A DNA stretch of 64,000 bases, taken from positions 416,001 to 480,000 of the forward strand of contig CAWEWF010000001.1 in assembly GCA_963812605.1 (NCBI GenBank), given 5' to 3'. How positions within the stretch are numbered: position 1 is the first letter of the stretch; every line of letters starts with the position of its first letter. The notes under the pieces were generated by a model. The model worked only from the letters and a program-made list of their open reading frames with translations. It made no database searches and was not told where the DNA came from. This document shows, piece by piece, positions 1 through 8,122 of this stretch. Position numbers and translations under genes: made by a program. The DNA comes from an uncultured Verrucomicrobiae bacterium. GTDB lineage: Bacteria; Verrucomicrobiota; Verrucomicrobiia; Palsa-1439.

Positions 1-2
1 GG

Positions 3-1640
3 TTGACGGGGGTTGACCCCGGCCAGGAAATGTCGTGGCCCAAGTATTTGGGGGCCGTCGTGATCATGACCTGCGTGGGGTTCGCTTCGCTGATGGCGAT
101 CCTGATGACACAGGTGTGGTTGCCCCTCAACCCGATGAAGATCGCCAATAACTCCTGGCATCTCGCTTTCAATACAGCGTGGAGTTTCACCTGCAACGCG
201 GACTGGCAGTCGTACACGGGCGAATCCGCCATGAGCTATTTTTCCCAGACGATCGGACTCTCGGTGCACCAATTCCTGAGTGGCGCGGCCGGGCTCGCGG
301 TGCTGATCGCGGTGGGGCGGGCCTTGAAGCGCCACACGACCAGGACCATCGGCAATTTCTGGGTGGACCTGACCCGGGCCCTTTTGTACATCGTGATCCC
401 GCTGTCCGTGGTCTGGGCGATTCCGCTGGTCTGGCAGGGTTGCCCGCAAACCTGGAAACCATACCCGGACGCCAAGCTGACAGAACCGTACACCACACAA
501 GTGCCAAAGACCGACGACAAGGGGAACCCGGTCAAGGATGACAAGGGCAATCCGGTCATGGTCGACCAGAAGGTCGAGACGCAGAGTCTTCCCATCGGCC
601 CGGTCGCATCCTTCGAATCCTGCAAACAGCTTTTCACGAACGGCGGCGGCTACTACGGCGTCAATAGCGCCCATCCGTATGAAAACCCGACGCCGCTGGC
701 GAACTTTCTCGAAATGCTGGCGATCATCGTGGTGCCGATGGCTCAGGTTTATATGTTCGGCCTGCTGATCGGCAATTTGAAGCACGCGTGGTGTTTGTTC
801 GCCGTGATGCTCGGGCTGTATTTGCTTTCCTTCGGCATCGCGTGGTGGGCCGAGACGCGGCCGAACCCAGTCGTCGCCAACATCCAGCCATTAATGGAAG
901 GCAAGGAGCAACGGTTCGGCGTGATGAACAGCGTGCTCTGGGGCGTCTCCTGCACGGCGATCGACAACGGCTCGGTGAATTCGATGCACGACAGTTGGAT
1001 GCCGCTGGCCGGCATGATGCCGATGTGGAACATCCTGATCGGGGAAATCATGTTCGGCGGCATCGGGTGCGGCGTGTATTGCATGTTGTTCCACGTGCTG
1101 ATCACAGTCTTTATCGCGGGGTTGATGATTGGGCGCACGCCGGAATATCTGGGCAAGAAACTCGGCGCGTGGGTGGCCACGTGGGCGGTGATTGGCGTGC
1201 TGTTGCCGAATGCCGCGTGCTTGATTCCGACTGCGCTTTCGCTCATGCCCAATATAGTGCCCTCGGGATTGGCGAGTCTGGCCAATAACGGCCCGCACGG
1301 GTTGAGCGAAGTGCTCTATGCTTTTGGGGAGGCCGCCAACAACAACGGCAGCGCTTTCGCCGGATTGAACGCCAACGTGCCGTGGTATAACGTTGCGCTC
1401 GGCATTGCGATCATCATCGGCCGGTTCGCTCCGATCGCGGCGGCGCTGGCAATTGTCGGCCGTCTGGCCTCCGAAAAGACCGTCGAAGCTTCCTCCGGCA
1501 CGCTGCCGACGCACGGTTGGACGTTTGGCCTCACGCTGACGGGGGTCATCATCATCGTCGCCGCGTTGACATTCTTTCCGGTGCTTTGCCTGGGACCGAT
1601 CATCGAGCACGGCCTGATGCTGGCCGGACGGGTGTTTTGA
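3..1640 (+). CDS. kdpA: Potassium-transporting ATPase subunit A (5'-partial, begins before the window)
   Basis: KdpA motifs: NADWQSYTGES, KQLFTNGGGYYGVNSAHPYENP, NGSVNSMHDS, GRTPEYLGKK, ANNNGSAFAGL; multiple TM helices. Confidence 0.97.
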   Translation: MTGVDPGQEMSWPKYLGAVVIMTCVGFASLMAILMTQVWLPLNPMKIANNSWHLAFNTAWSFTCNADWQSYTGESAMSYFSQTIGLSVHQFLSGAAGLAVLIAVGRALKRHTTRTIGNFWVDLTRALLYIVIPLSVVWAIPLVWQGCPQTWKPYPDAKLTEPYTTQVPKTDDKGNPVKDDKGNPVMVDQKVETQSLPIGPVASFESCKQLFTNGGGYYGVNSAHPYENPTPLANFLEMLAIIVVPMAQVYMFGLLIGNLKHAWCLFAVMLGLYLLSFGIAWWAETRPNPVVANIQPLMEGKEQRFGVMNSVLWGVSCTAIDNGSVNSMHDSWMPLAGMMPMWNILIGEIMFGGIGCGVYCMLFHVLITVFIAGLMIGRTPEYLGKKLGAWVATWAVIGVLLPNAACLIPTALSLMPNIVPSGLASLANNGPHGLSEVLYAFGEAANNNGSAFAGLNANVPWYNVALGIAIIIGRFAPIAAALAIVGRLASEKTVEASSGTLPTHGWTFGLTLTGVIIIVAALTFFPVLCLGPIIEHGLMLAGRVF

Positions 1641-1663
1641 GATCGCGCCTTTGGCGGCGATGG

Positions 1664-2008
1664 TCAGGGCGTTTGGAGCAAGGCCTTCAGTTTGCCACGG
1701 ACTGCCTGCATGATATCCGGCGGTAACATTCCAATTGCGCCGCTGATCACCGAATCATTCAAGGTGACCAGTTTGTCCGCCCGAATTACGGAGGCGCTTT
1801 TGAGGCCGATTTGTTTCCAAGCCGGGTGACCCGGGGAAATTGGCGTGGCCGAAGGAAGCCGTTCCGCTTCCATCCTGGTTGTGATGAACGCGACCACGAA
1901 ATCGTTGGCCGTATCACCCGCGGCGAGAACGACGCACGGACGCCGTTTCGCGTCCGTGAGCGAAGTGAATGGAAAAGCGGCGATGACAATCTCGCCGGCT
2001 TGGAACAT
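1664..2008 (-). CDS. PemK/MazF-family type II toxin (endoribonuclease)
   Basis: GEIVIAAFPFTSLTDAKRRPCVVL, VVAFITT and GLKSASVIRADKLVTL are PemK-like; its start overlaps the stop of the upstream gene. Confidence 0.85.
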   Translation of the reverse strand: MFQAGEIVIAAFPFTSLTDAKRRPCVVLAAGDTANDFVVAFITTRMEAERLPSATPISPGHPAWKQIGLKSASVIRADKLVTLNDSVISGAIGMLPPDIMQAVRGKLKALLQTP

Positions 2009-2247
2009 TACCGGCGCTCTCCGAAACGCGGGTTGCGGCGGCCCGGCAACACGTCTGCGTCGGAGTACAACTCCGGCTCCTCGCGCAGGAAATCAAAGGC
2101 TCCGCCCGCGTCGGCCAGCCGCTCGAGATCGATGCCATTCTCGCCTTCCTCGAACGCCAGCACCGCCAGATGAGCGTGCGCTGGCAGTTCGACGCTTTTC
2201 GGCAATCGCAGCACCCCGCCGCTGACTTCAATCGGGATCATTTTCAT
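2008..2247 (-). CDS. Putative antitoxin partner of the PemK/MazF toxin
   Basis: 79-aa ORF from ATG 2247 with an acidic tail (GAFDFLREEPELYSDAD); 1-nt overlap with the toxin start; upstream TTGCAA-17-TATGCT promoter. Confidence 0.7.
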   Translation of the reverse strand: MKMIPIEVSGGVLRLPKSVELPAHAHLAVLAFEEGENGIDLERLADAGGAFDFLREEPELYSDADVLPGRRNPRFGERR

Positions 2248-2378
2248 CGTTGCCCGTAGCATAACCCGTCCGGCGGGCCGTTGCAATCACTCTCATGGGA
2301 CGCGCCGCCACTTCTTTCTTGCGGCTCATTACCGATAAAGCCAGGTACGAATGGCACAGTGGGGGCGTTAACGGCTTG

Positions 2379-3056
2379 CTAGGCCACGTGTTCATTCGAT
2401 TTGCCGAGATTGCACTGCGAACAGAGTGTCTGAAGATTCTCCAGCACAGTCTCACCACCTTTGCTCCAAGCTATGATGTGATCGATGTGCAGCTCCACAT
2501 TCATTGTCTTCGCTGGGCTAACGCCACAGTTGCAACAGGTGAATCTGTCACGATTGAGCACTTTCCAACGCAGGCGGAGCGAAGGCTCCCGGCCCGTCTT
2601 CCGTCGAATCGGTTCGCCGCCGATCCTTTTAGGTTCAGGAGATTCACGCTCAACCGAGTTGGCGTAGTCGACGAATGCCTCAAGCGCGGCAGTCCAACCC
2701 CCGAAGCGGCGAATGTACGGCCCTTCCGAGATGTTTGATGTGGCCTGCGCCAGTTCCCTCCGTCGCGGCTGCCGCCCATAGTGCTGCCACAAGACAAACA
2801 AATTCTCAAACAGGCGCTCATCGGGAATGTTGATCTCATTGGACAAAGAAAGGCCTGCTTTAACAAGCGCCTTGTTCCATGAGCCGAATCGTCGAGCAAT
2901 GGTGGTGGGGGAGTAGTTCCCATGCTCCATGTATCGGGGTTGCGACACGGTGGGCGCATTGAGCAGTTGTGCAACGCGACGCAGGTCGGTAAGTAGCTCG
3001 TCGTCACTGACAGGCTGACCTGAAACATGAGAAAGCCGAAATGATCCGTTCTTCAT
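2379..3056 (-). CDS. HNH endonuclease with two homing-endonuclease-associated repeats
   Basis: Two repeats ending RRFGSWNKAL and RRFGGWTAAL; C-terminal LRWKVLNRDRFTCCNC...LHIDHII...GGET...NLQTLCSQCNLGKS HNH motif; probable ATG at 3056. Confidence 0.85.
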   Translation of the reverse strand: MKNGSFRLSHVSGQPVSDDELLTDLRRVAQLLNAPTVSQPRYMEHGNYSPTTIARRFGSWNKALVKAGLSLSNEINIPDERLFENLFVLWQHYGRQPRRRELAQATSNISEGPYIRRFGGWTAALEAFVDYANSVERESPEPKRIGGEPIRRKTGREPSLRLRWKVLNRDRFTCCNCGVSPAKTMNVELHIDHIIAWSKGGETVLENLQTLCSQCNLGKSNEHVA

Positions 3057-3178
3057 CGAACGGTATACAGGATACTCGCGGCTAAGATTCTTTGACAAGA
3101 TTGGAATGACACCAGGCCATTGGGGCGTGGTGATTCCGTGCCGATCCATCTGCCGGAGACAGGGATGATGGTTCAACT

Positions 3179-3199
3179 GCGTTAATGATTTCTTAACGC
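3179..3199. promoter_or_regulatory. Candidate regulator (KdpE/OmpR-type) binding site upstream of kdpB
   Basis: GCGTTAA-N7-TTAACGC perfect inverted repeat, which also gives TTAA twice at 11-bp spacing, about 70 nt before kdpB. Confidence 0.4.
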
Positions 3200-3269
3200 C
3201 TCGCTACCCCCTTTTAATTACCGCCTGTCGATAGGTGCTGTCATGTTAGTGGCGTAACGGAAGACAATC

Positions 3270-5354
3270 ATGAGCACAAAAGTTGAAATCAAATACTCCG
3301 AGTTGGTGCAGCAGGCGGTCATCAATTCGTTCAAGAAACTGAATCCGCGCGATGAGATCAAGAACCTGGTGATGTTCGTTGTCTGGGTTGGATCGATCTG
3401 GACAACCATCATCCTGTTCACGCCGGGCGGATGCAACCTGTTCAACGTCCAGATTTGCCTCTGGCTGTGGTTTACCTGTCTGTTCGCCAACTTCGCCGAG
3501 GCGATGGCGGAAGGCCGGGGCAAAGCCCATGCCGACGCATTGCGCAAGCTGCGCACCAAGACGATGGCCCGCAAACTCCTTAAGGGCAAGGAAGTCTCCG
3601 TGCCCAGCGCGGAGTTGAAAATCGGCGACCTGTTTGTCTGTGAGGCTGGCGACATGGTTGCCGGCGACGGCGAGATCGTCGAGGGCATTGCCACCGTGGA
3701 TGAATCCGCCATCACCGGCGAATCCGCTCCCGTCATCCGCGAAAGCGGGGGTGACCGCAGCGCCGTCACCGGCGGCACGAAGGTGATCAGCGACCGGATT
3801 GTTGTGCGGGTCACCGCCGAGGAGGGCAGTTCATTCCTCGACCGGATGATTTCCATGATCGAGGGCGCGCGCCGGCAAAAGACCCCGAACGAAATCGCGT
3901 TGAACATCGTGCTCGTCAGCCTGACCGCTTTGTTTATTGTGGTTGTCTTTACCCTGCCGCCGTACGCGCACTACAACGAAGCCCAAGCCGGACAAAAAGG
4001 CGTGGTGCTGACGTCCATTCCCGTGTTGCTGTCGCTCATCGTCTGTCTGATCCCGACGACCATCGGTGGATTGTTGAGCGCCATTGGTATTGCCGGCATC
4101 GACCGATTGATGCGCCGCAACGTGCTGGCGACAAGCGGTCGCGCGGTTGAAGCGGCTGGTGACGTGGACGTGCTGTTGCTCGACAAGACGGGCACAATCA
4201 CGCTGGGTAACCGCATGGCGACGGAATTCATTCCCGCGCCCGGTGTGAACGTGGAGGAAGTCGCCAACGCCGCCCAGCTTGCTTCCCTTGCCGATGAAAC
4301 CCCCGAGGGCCGTTCCATCGTCGTCCTGGCGAAGGAGAAGTATAACCTGCGTGGTCGCGAAGTGGCCGAACCACAGGCGAAATTTGTGGCATTCACGGCG
4401 CAGACGCGAATGAGTGGTTTGGATTTAATTGATCCGGATGGCAAAGGTGTCCGCGTGATCCGCAAAGGCGCGGCGGAAGCCGTCCGCGCGCATGTCGAAC
4501 AAAAGGGCGGGTTGTATCCAAAGGCGGTGGAGCAGGTGGTGTTCGATATTTCGACCCAGGGCGGCACGCCGCTGGTGGTTTCGGACGGCTCCCGCGTGCT
4601 CGGCGTCATTCGGCTGAAAGACGTGGTCAAGGGCGGGATCAAGGAGCGCTTTGCGCAACTGCGCAAGATGGGGGTGCGCACGGTAATGATCACCGGTGAC
4701 AATCCGCAGACGGCCGCGGCCATCGCCGCCGAGGCCGGGGTGGATGATTTCATTGCCCAGGCCAAACCCGAGGACAAACTGGCCCGCATTCGCAAAGAGC
4801 AGGAAGGCGGCAAACTCATTGCGATGATTGGTGACGGCACGAACGACGCCCCGGCGTTGGCACAGGCGGACGTCGGCGTGGCGATGAATACGGGCACCCA
4901 GGCCGCGCGCGAAGCCGGTAACATGGTGGACCTCGACAGCAACCCGACCAAGCTCATCGAGGTCGTCGAGATCGGGAAGCAATTGTTGATGACGCGCGGC
5001 GCGCTGACGACCTTTAGTATCGCCAATGATGTGTCGAAATATTTTGCCATCCTGCCGGCGATGTTCGGGTTGCTCTACGCCACGCAGGTGGGCGGGCGCG
5101 GCCCGCTCGACAAGCTGAACATCATGTACCTGCATTCCCCGCAAAGCGCGATTCTCAGCGCGGTGATTTTCAACGCGCTGATTATCGTGGCGCTGATTCC
5201 TTTGGCGTTGAAGGGCGTGAAATACCAACCGCTGGGCGCGGCGGTGATCCTGCGCAAGAACATGCTGATCTACGGCGTCGGCGGCATCATCGCACCGTTC
5301 GTAGCCATCAAGCTGCTGGATCTGCTGTTGGTGGCGATTCATTTGGCGCCCTGA
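3270..5354 (+). CDS. kdpB: Potassium-transporting ATPase subunit B (P-type ATPase)
   Basis: [37 protein letters not shown] and [13 protein letters not shown] motifs. Confidence 0.98.
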   Translation: MSTKVEIKYSELVQQAVINSFKKLNPRDEIKNLVMFVVWVGSIWTTIILFTPGGCNLFNVQICLWLWFTCLFANFAEAMAEGRGKAHADALRKLRTKTMARKLLKGKEVSVPSAELKIGDLFVCEAGDMVAGDGEIVEGIATVDESAITGESAPVIRESGGDRSAVTGGTKVISDRIVVRVTAEEGSSFLDRMISMIEGARRQKTPNEIALNIVLVSLTALFIVVVFTLPPYAHYNEAQAGQKGVVLTSIPVLLSLIVCLIPTTIGGLLSAIGIAGIDRLMRRNVLATSGRAVEAAGDVDVLLLDKTGTITLGNRMATEFIPAPGVNVEEVANAAQLASLADETPEGRSIVVLAKEKYNLRGREVAEPQAKFVAFTAQTRMSGLDLIDPDGKGVRVIRKGAAEAVRAHVEQKGGLYPKAVEQVVFDISTQGGTPLVVSDGSRVLGVIRLKDVVKGGIKERFAQLRKMGVRTVMITGDNPQTAAAIAAEAGVDDFIAQAKPEDKLARIRKEQEGGKLIAMIGDGTNDAPALAQADVGVAMNTGTQAAREAGNMVDLDSNPTKLIEVVEIGKQLLMTRGALTTFSIANDVSKYFAILPAMFGLLYATQVGGRGPLDKLNIMYLHSPQSAILSAVIFNALIIVALIPLALKGVKYQPLGAAVILRKNMLIYGVGGIIAPFVAIKLLDLLLVAIHLAP

Positions 5355-5978
5355 GTGACTGAGAAAGGTAATCCCATGATAAAACTCATTATCCAATCGA
5401 TTCGACAAACGATCCTGTGGACGGTGGTGGCGGGTGTGCTCTATCCGCTCGTCATCACCGGTATCGCCCAGGTTGCGTTCCATGACCAGGCCAACGGTAG
5501 CTTGCTTGTGCGCAACGGCGCGGTGGTCGGCTCCGAGTTGCTCGCGCAGCAATTCACGGGGGACAAGTACTTCTGGCCGCGCCCTTCCGCGGGTAGTTAT
5601 GCCACGGTGCCCTCGGGCGCCAGCAACCTCGGCCCGACCAGTCAGGCGCTGCAGTCCAACGTTACCGCCAACGCCACGGCGTTCCGCACCGGCAACAAGC
5701 TGGCGGCGGACGCGCCGGTGCCGGCGGACATGGTCTTTACCTCCGCCAGCGGATTGGACCCGCATATCAGTCCTGAAGCGGCGCGGTTGCAGGTTGGCCG
5801 GGTTGCCGCCGCGCGCGGCATCGGCGCGGACCAGGTCAAGGCGCTGGTGGAAAAATTCGTCGAGCCGCCGCAGTGGGGAATTTTCGGCGAGGCGCGTGTG
5901 AACGTGTTGCGGCTCAACCTGGCTTTGGACAATCTGGACACGAAGAAAGCGGAAGGGACCGGGGCCGTGAAAGGGTAG
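5355..5978 (+). CDS. kdpC: Potassium-transporting ATPase subunit C
   Basis: N-terminal TM; QANGSL, YFWPRPSA, SGASNLGP, TSASGLDPHISP, RVNVLRLNLALD; alternative ATG at 5376. Confidence 0.96.
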   Translation: MTEKGNPMIKLIIQSIRQTILWTVVAGVLYPLVITGIAQVAFHDQANGSLLVRNGAVVGSELLAQQFTGDKYFWPRPSAGSYATVPSGASNLGPTSQALQSNVTANATAFRTGNKLAADAPVPADMVFTSASGLDPHISPEAARLQVGRVAAARGIGADQVKALVEKFVEPPQWGIFGEARVNVLRLNLALDNLDTKKAEGTGAVKG

Positions 5979-5988
5979 GTGATCGAAC

Positions 5989-6522
5989 ATGGAAACCCCT
6001 CCGTCTCGAAAACCCGAACGGCGCTCCGAGAACCCAACTGCGTCCGGCCTGCAACTGCGCCGCATCCTGGTGCCGGTTGATCTTCGTGATTCCACCCTCG
6101 CGACCCTGCGGTATGCGGCGGCGTTTGCCCGGGAGTACAAGGCGACGATTATCCTGCTGCACATTGTCGAGCCGGATGGCTCGCAGGCAAGACGCAAGAT
6201 TTCGCGCGAGCGTCTGATCGAAGAAATGAGCGAGGTCGGCGAGCGCCAAATCCGCCAACTGGTGGACGTGATCTGGGGAGAGGAGATCGTCACCGACATT
6301 GTGGTTGCCGGCGGGAGACCGTATCCGCAAATCGTCAACGAGGCCAAGGAGACGAATGCGGACATGATCATCATGGCCCGACACGGCGCCGTTGGCGCAT
6401 GGGGATTTTTCCGGCGCAACACGGCGGCGAAAGTGGTCCGGCATGCGCCCTGTCCGGTGCTGGTGGTGCCGGCGTTGGAACGGGGGTTTATAGTGGGCGC
6501 CTCTGTTGAAAAAACGTCCTGA
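5989..6522 (+). CDS. Universal stress protein (USP)
   Basis: RRILVPVD, IILLHIVE, ADMIIMARHG...NTAAKVVRHAPCPVLVV. Confidence 0.9.
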   Translation: METPPSRKPERRSENPTASGLQLRRILVPVDLRDSTLATLRYAAAFAREYKATIILLHIVEPDGSQARRKISRERLIEEMSEVGERQIRQLVDVIWGEEIVTDIVVAGGRPYPQIVNEAKETNADMIIMARHGAVGAWGFFRRNTAAKVVRHAPCPVLVVPALERGFIVGASVEKTS

Positions 6523-6547
6523 TCGGTAAACCGCGCGACCTCCCACC

Positions 6548-7648
6548 ATGCGTCTCGGCTACTCTAACAAACGGAACGGCTCTGCCGCCATCGACCCGGG
6601 CGCGGGTGGTAGCGACGCGTTGGAATCCGGCGCGCCCAGCGAGGTGTATTCCACCGTTGGGCTCAATCCCGGGGATCTATTGGACGACCGGTTTCTGCTG
6701 ACCGAGGTCATTAGCCAGGGCGGAATGGCGACGATTTTCAAGGCCCAGGACCTGCGCGATAACAACCAGGATGTGGCGGTGAAAGTGCCGTACCTCGGGC
6801 TGGAGAGCAACCCCGCTTCCTATGCCCGTTTCCAACGGGAAGAAGAAATCGGTTGCCGGTTGAACCATCCGTCCATCCTGAAGTTTGTCCCCCTGAACGG
6901 GAGCCGATCCCGGCCCTACATTGTCACCGAATACCTGCGCGGCTGCACGCTGTCGCGTCTTCTGGGTCAGAATCGACCGTTGCCGGAAAAGGACGCGCTC
7001 AAATTCGCCAGTCTGATCTGTGAAGCCCTGCAGTATCTTCACGAGCAGGGCGTGATCCATCGCGACCTAAAACCGAGCAATCTGATGATTTGCCCGGACG
7101 GCAGGCTGCGGGTGATGGATTTTGGGATTTCCCAGGCTACAGAATCGCGGCGACTCACCTTCGTCGGTTTCACGCCGGCGATGGGCACGGCTGACTACAT
7201 CGCGCCGGAACAGATCAAGGGCCGACGCGGCGACCAGCGCTCCGACATCTACAGTCTCGGCGCCGTGTTGTACGAAATGCTGACCGGAGTTCCGCCGTTC
7301 GATGGCGATGATCCGTTTGTCATTATGAACAAACGCACGACGGGTGACCCGCCAGCCCCGCGGAAACTTAATAAAGAACTATCGCCACAAGCCGAGGAAA
7401 TCGTCCTGCGCGCCCTGCAGCGGGATCCCGCGTTGCGATATCCGACGGCAGCCGCGATGAAAGCGGACCTGGACGCGCCCGAACGGATTGATGTGACCGG
7501 ATTGTGCGACCGCCTGGAGGAATCCACCCGTTGGAGAAGGGTATTGCTGCTGGCTCGTCATATTTTGTTCGTAGCCGTTATTCCGCTGGCAATCCAAGTC
7601 CTCTTGTTTCTATGGCTCTGGTACCACTATGCGAATAAAAAAAGGTGA
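6548..7648 (+). CDS. Hanks-type Ser/Thr protein kinase with C-terminal TM helix
   Basis: GGMATIF, VAVK, HRDLKPSN, DFG, YIAPE and DIYSLG motifs; hydrophobic C-terminus. Confidence 0.93.
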   Translation: MRLGYSNKRNGSAAIDPGAGGSDALESGAPSEVYSTVGLNPGDLLDDRFLLTEVISQGGMATIFKAQDLRDNNQDVAVKVPYLGLESNPASYARFQREEEIGCRLNHPSILKFVPLNGSRSRPYIVTEYLRGCTLSRLLGQNRPLPEKDALKFASLICEALQYLHEQGVIHRDLKPSNLMICPDGRLRVMDFGISQATESRRLTFVGFTPAMGTADYIAPEQIKGRRGDQRSDIYSLGAVLYEMLTGVPPFDGDDPFVIMNKRTTGDPPAPRKLNKELSPQAEEIVLRALQRDPALRYPTAAAMKADLDAPERIDVTGLCDRLEESTRWRRVLLLARHILFVAVIPLAIQVLLFLWLWYHYANKKR

Positions 7649-7738
7649 AATCGTCGTTCCGGCCCGGCACCGTGGCGCCCTCTCCCAGGCCGAGAAGCTT
7701 TGTCGTTCCTGTCGCCAGGCACGTGTTGGCATGGAGGC

Positions 7739-8059
7739 ATGAACTTCATCGCGTGGCTGATTTTTTTGGCGGCGGCCATCCTGGAAGTGGGTGGTGATGC
7801 GACGGTTCGCCGCGGCTTGCGGGGGAGCAACCTGGCACTCATCATCGCCGGCTTTGTCGCCCTGGGTTGCTACGGCCTGGTCGTCAATTCGGTCAAATGG
7901 GAGTTCTCGAAACTGATAGGCGTTTATGTCGCTTTCTTCGCGGTCGTCAGTGTTGTGGTTGGCCGGCTGATTTTCAAGGAAGTGATTCCTTCATCGACGT
8001 GGTGGGGGCTGGCCTTGATCGTGGCCGGCGGGGCGGTCATCCAATTCGGCCACCGGTGA
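7739..8059 (+). CDS. Small 4-TM membrane protein, YnfA/SMR-like
   Basis: GGAGG RBS then ATG 7739; AAILEVGGD (Glu in TM1), GVYVAFF; four hydrophobic segments. Confidence 0.7.
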   Translation: MNFIAWLIFLAAAILEVGGDATVRRGLRGSNLALIIAGFVALGCYGLVVNSVKWEFSKLIGVYVAFFAVVSVVVGRLIFKEVIPSSTWWGLALIVAGGAVIQFGHR

Positions 8060-8122
8060 GGAGGCGAATCGGGGCGCATACTTTTGCATGGTGAAACGCC
8101 GCCTAAAAGTTAGAATGCCCAC

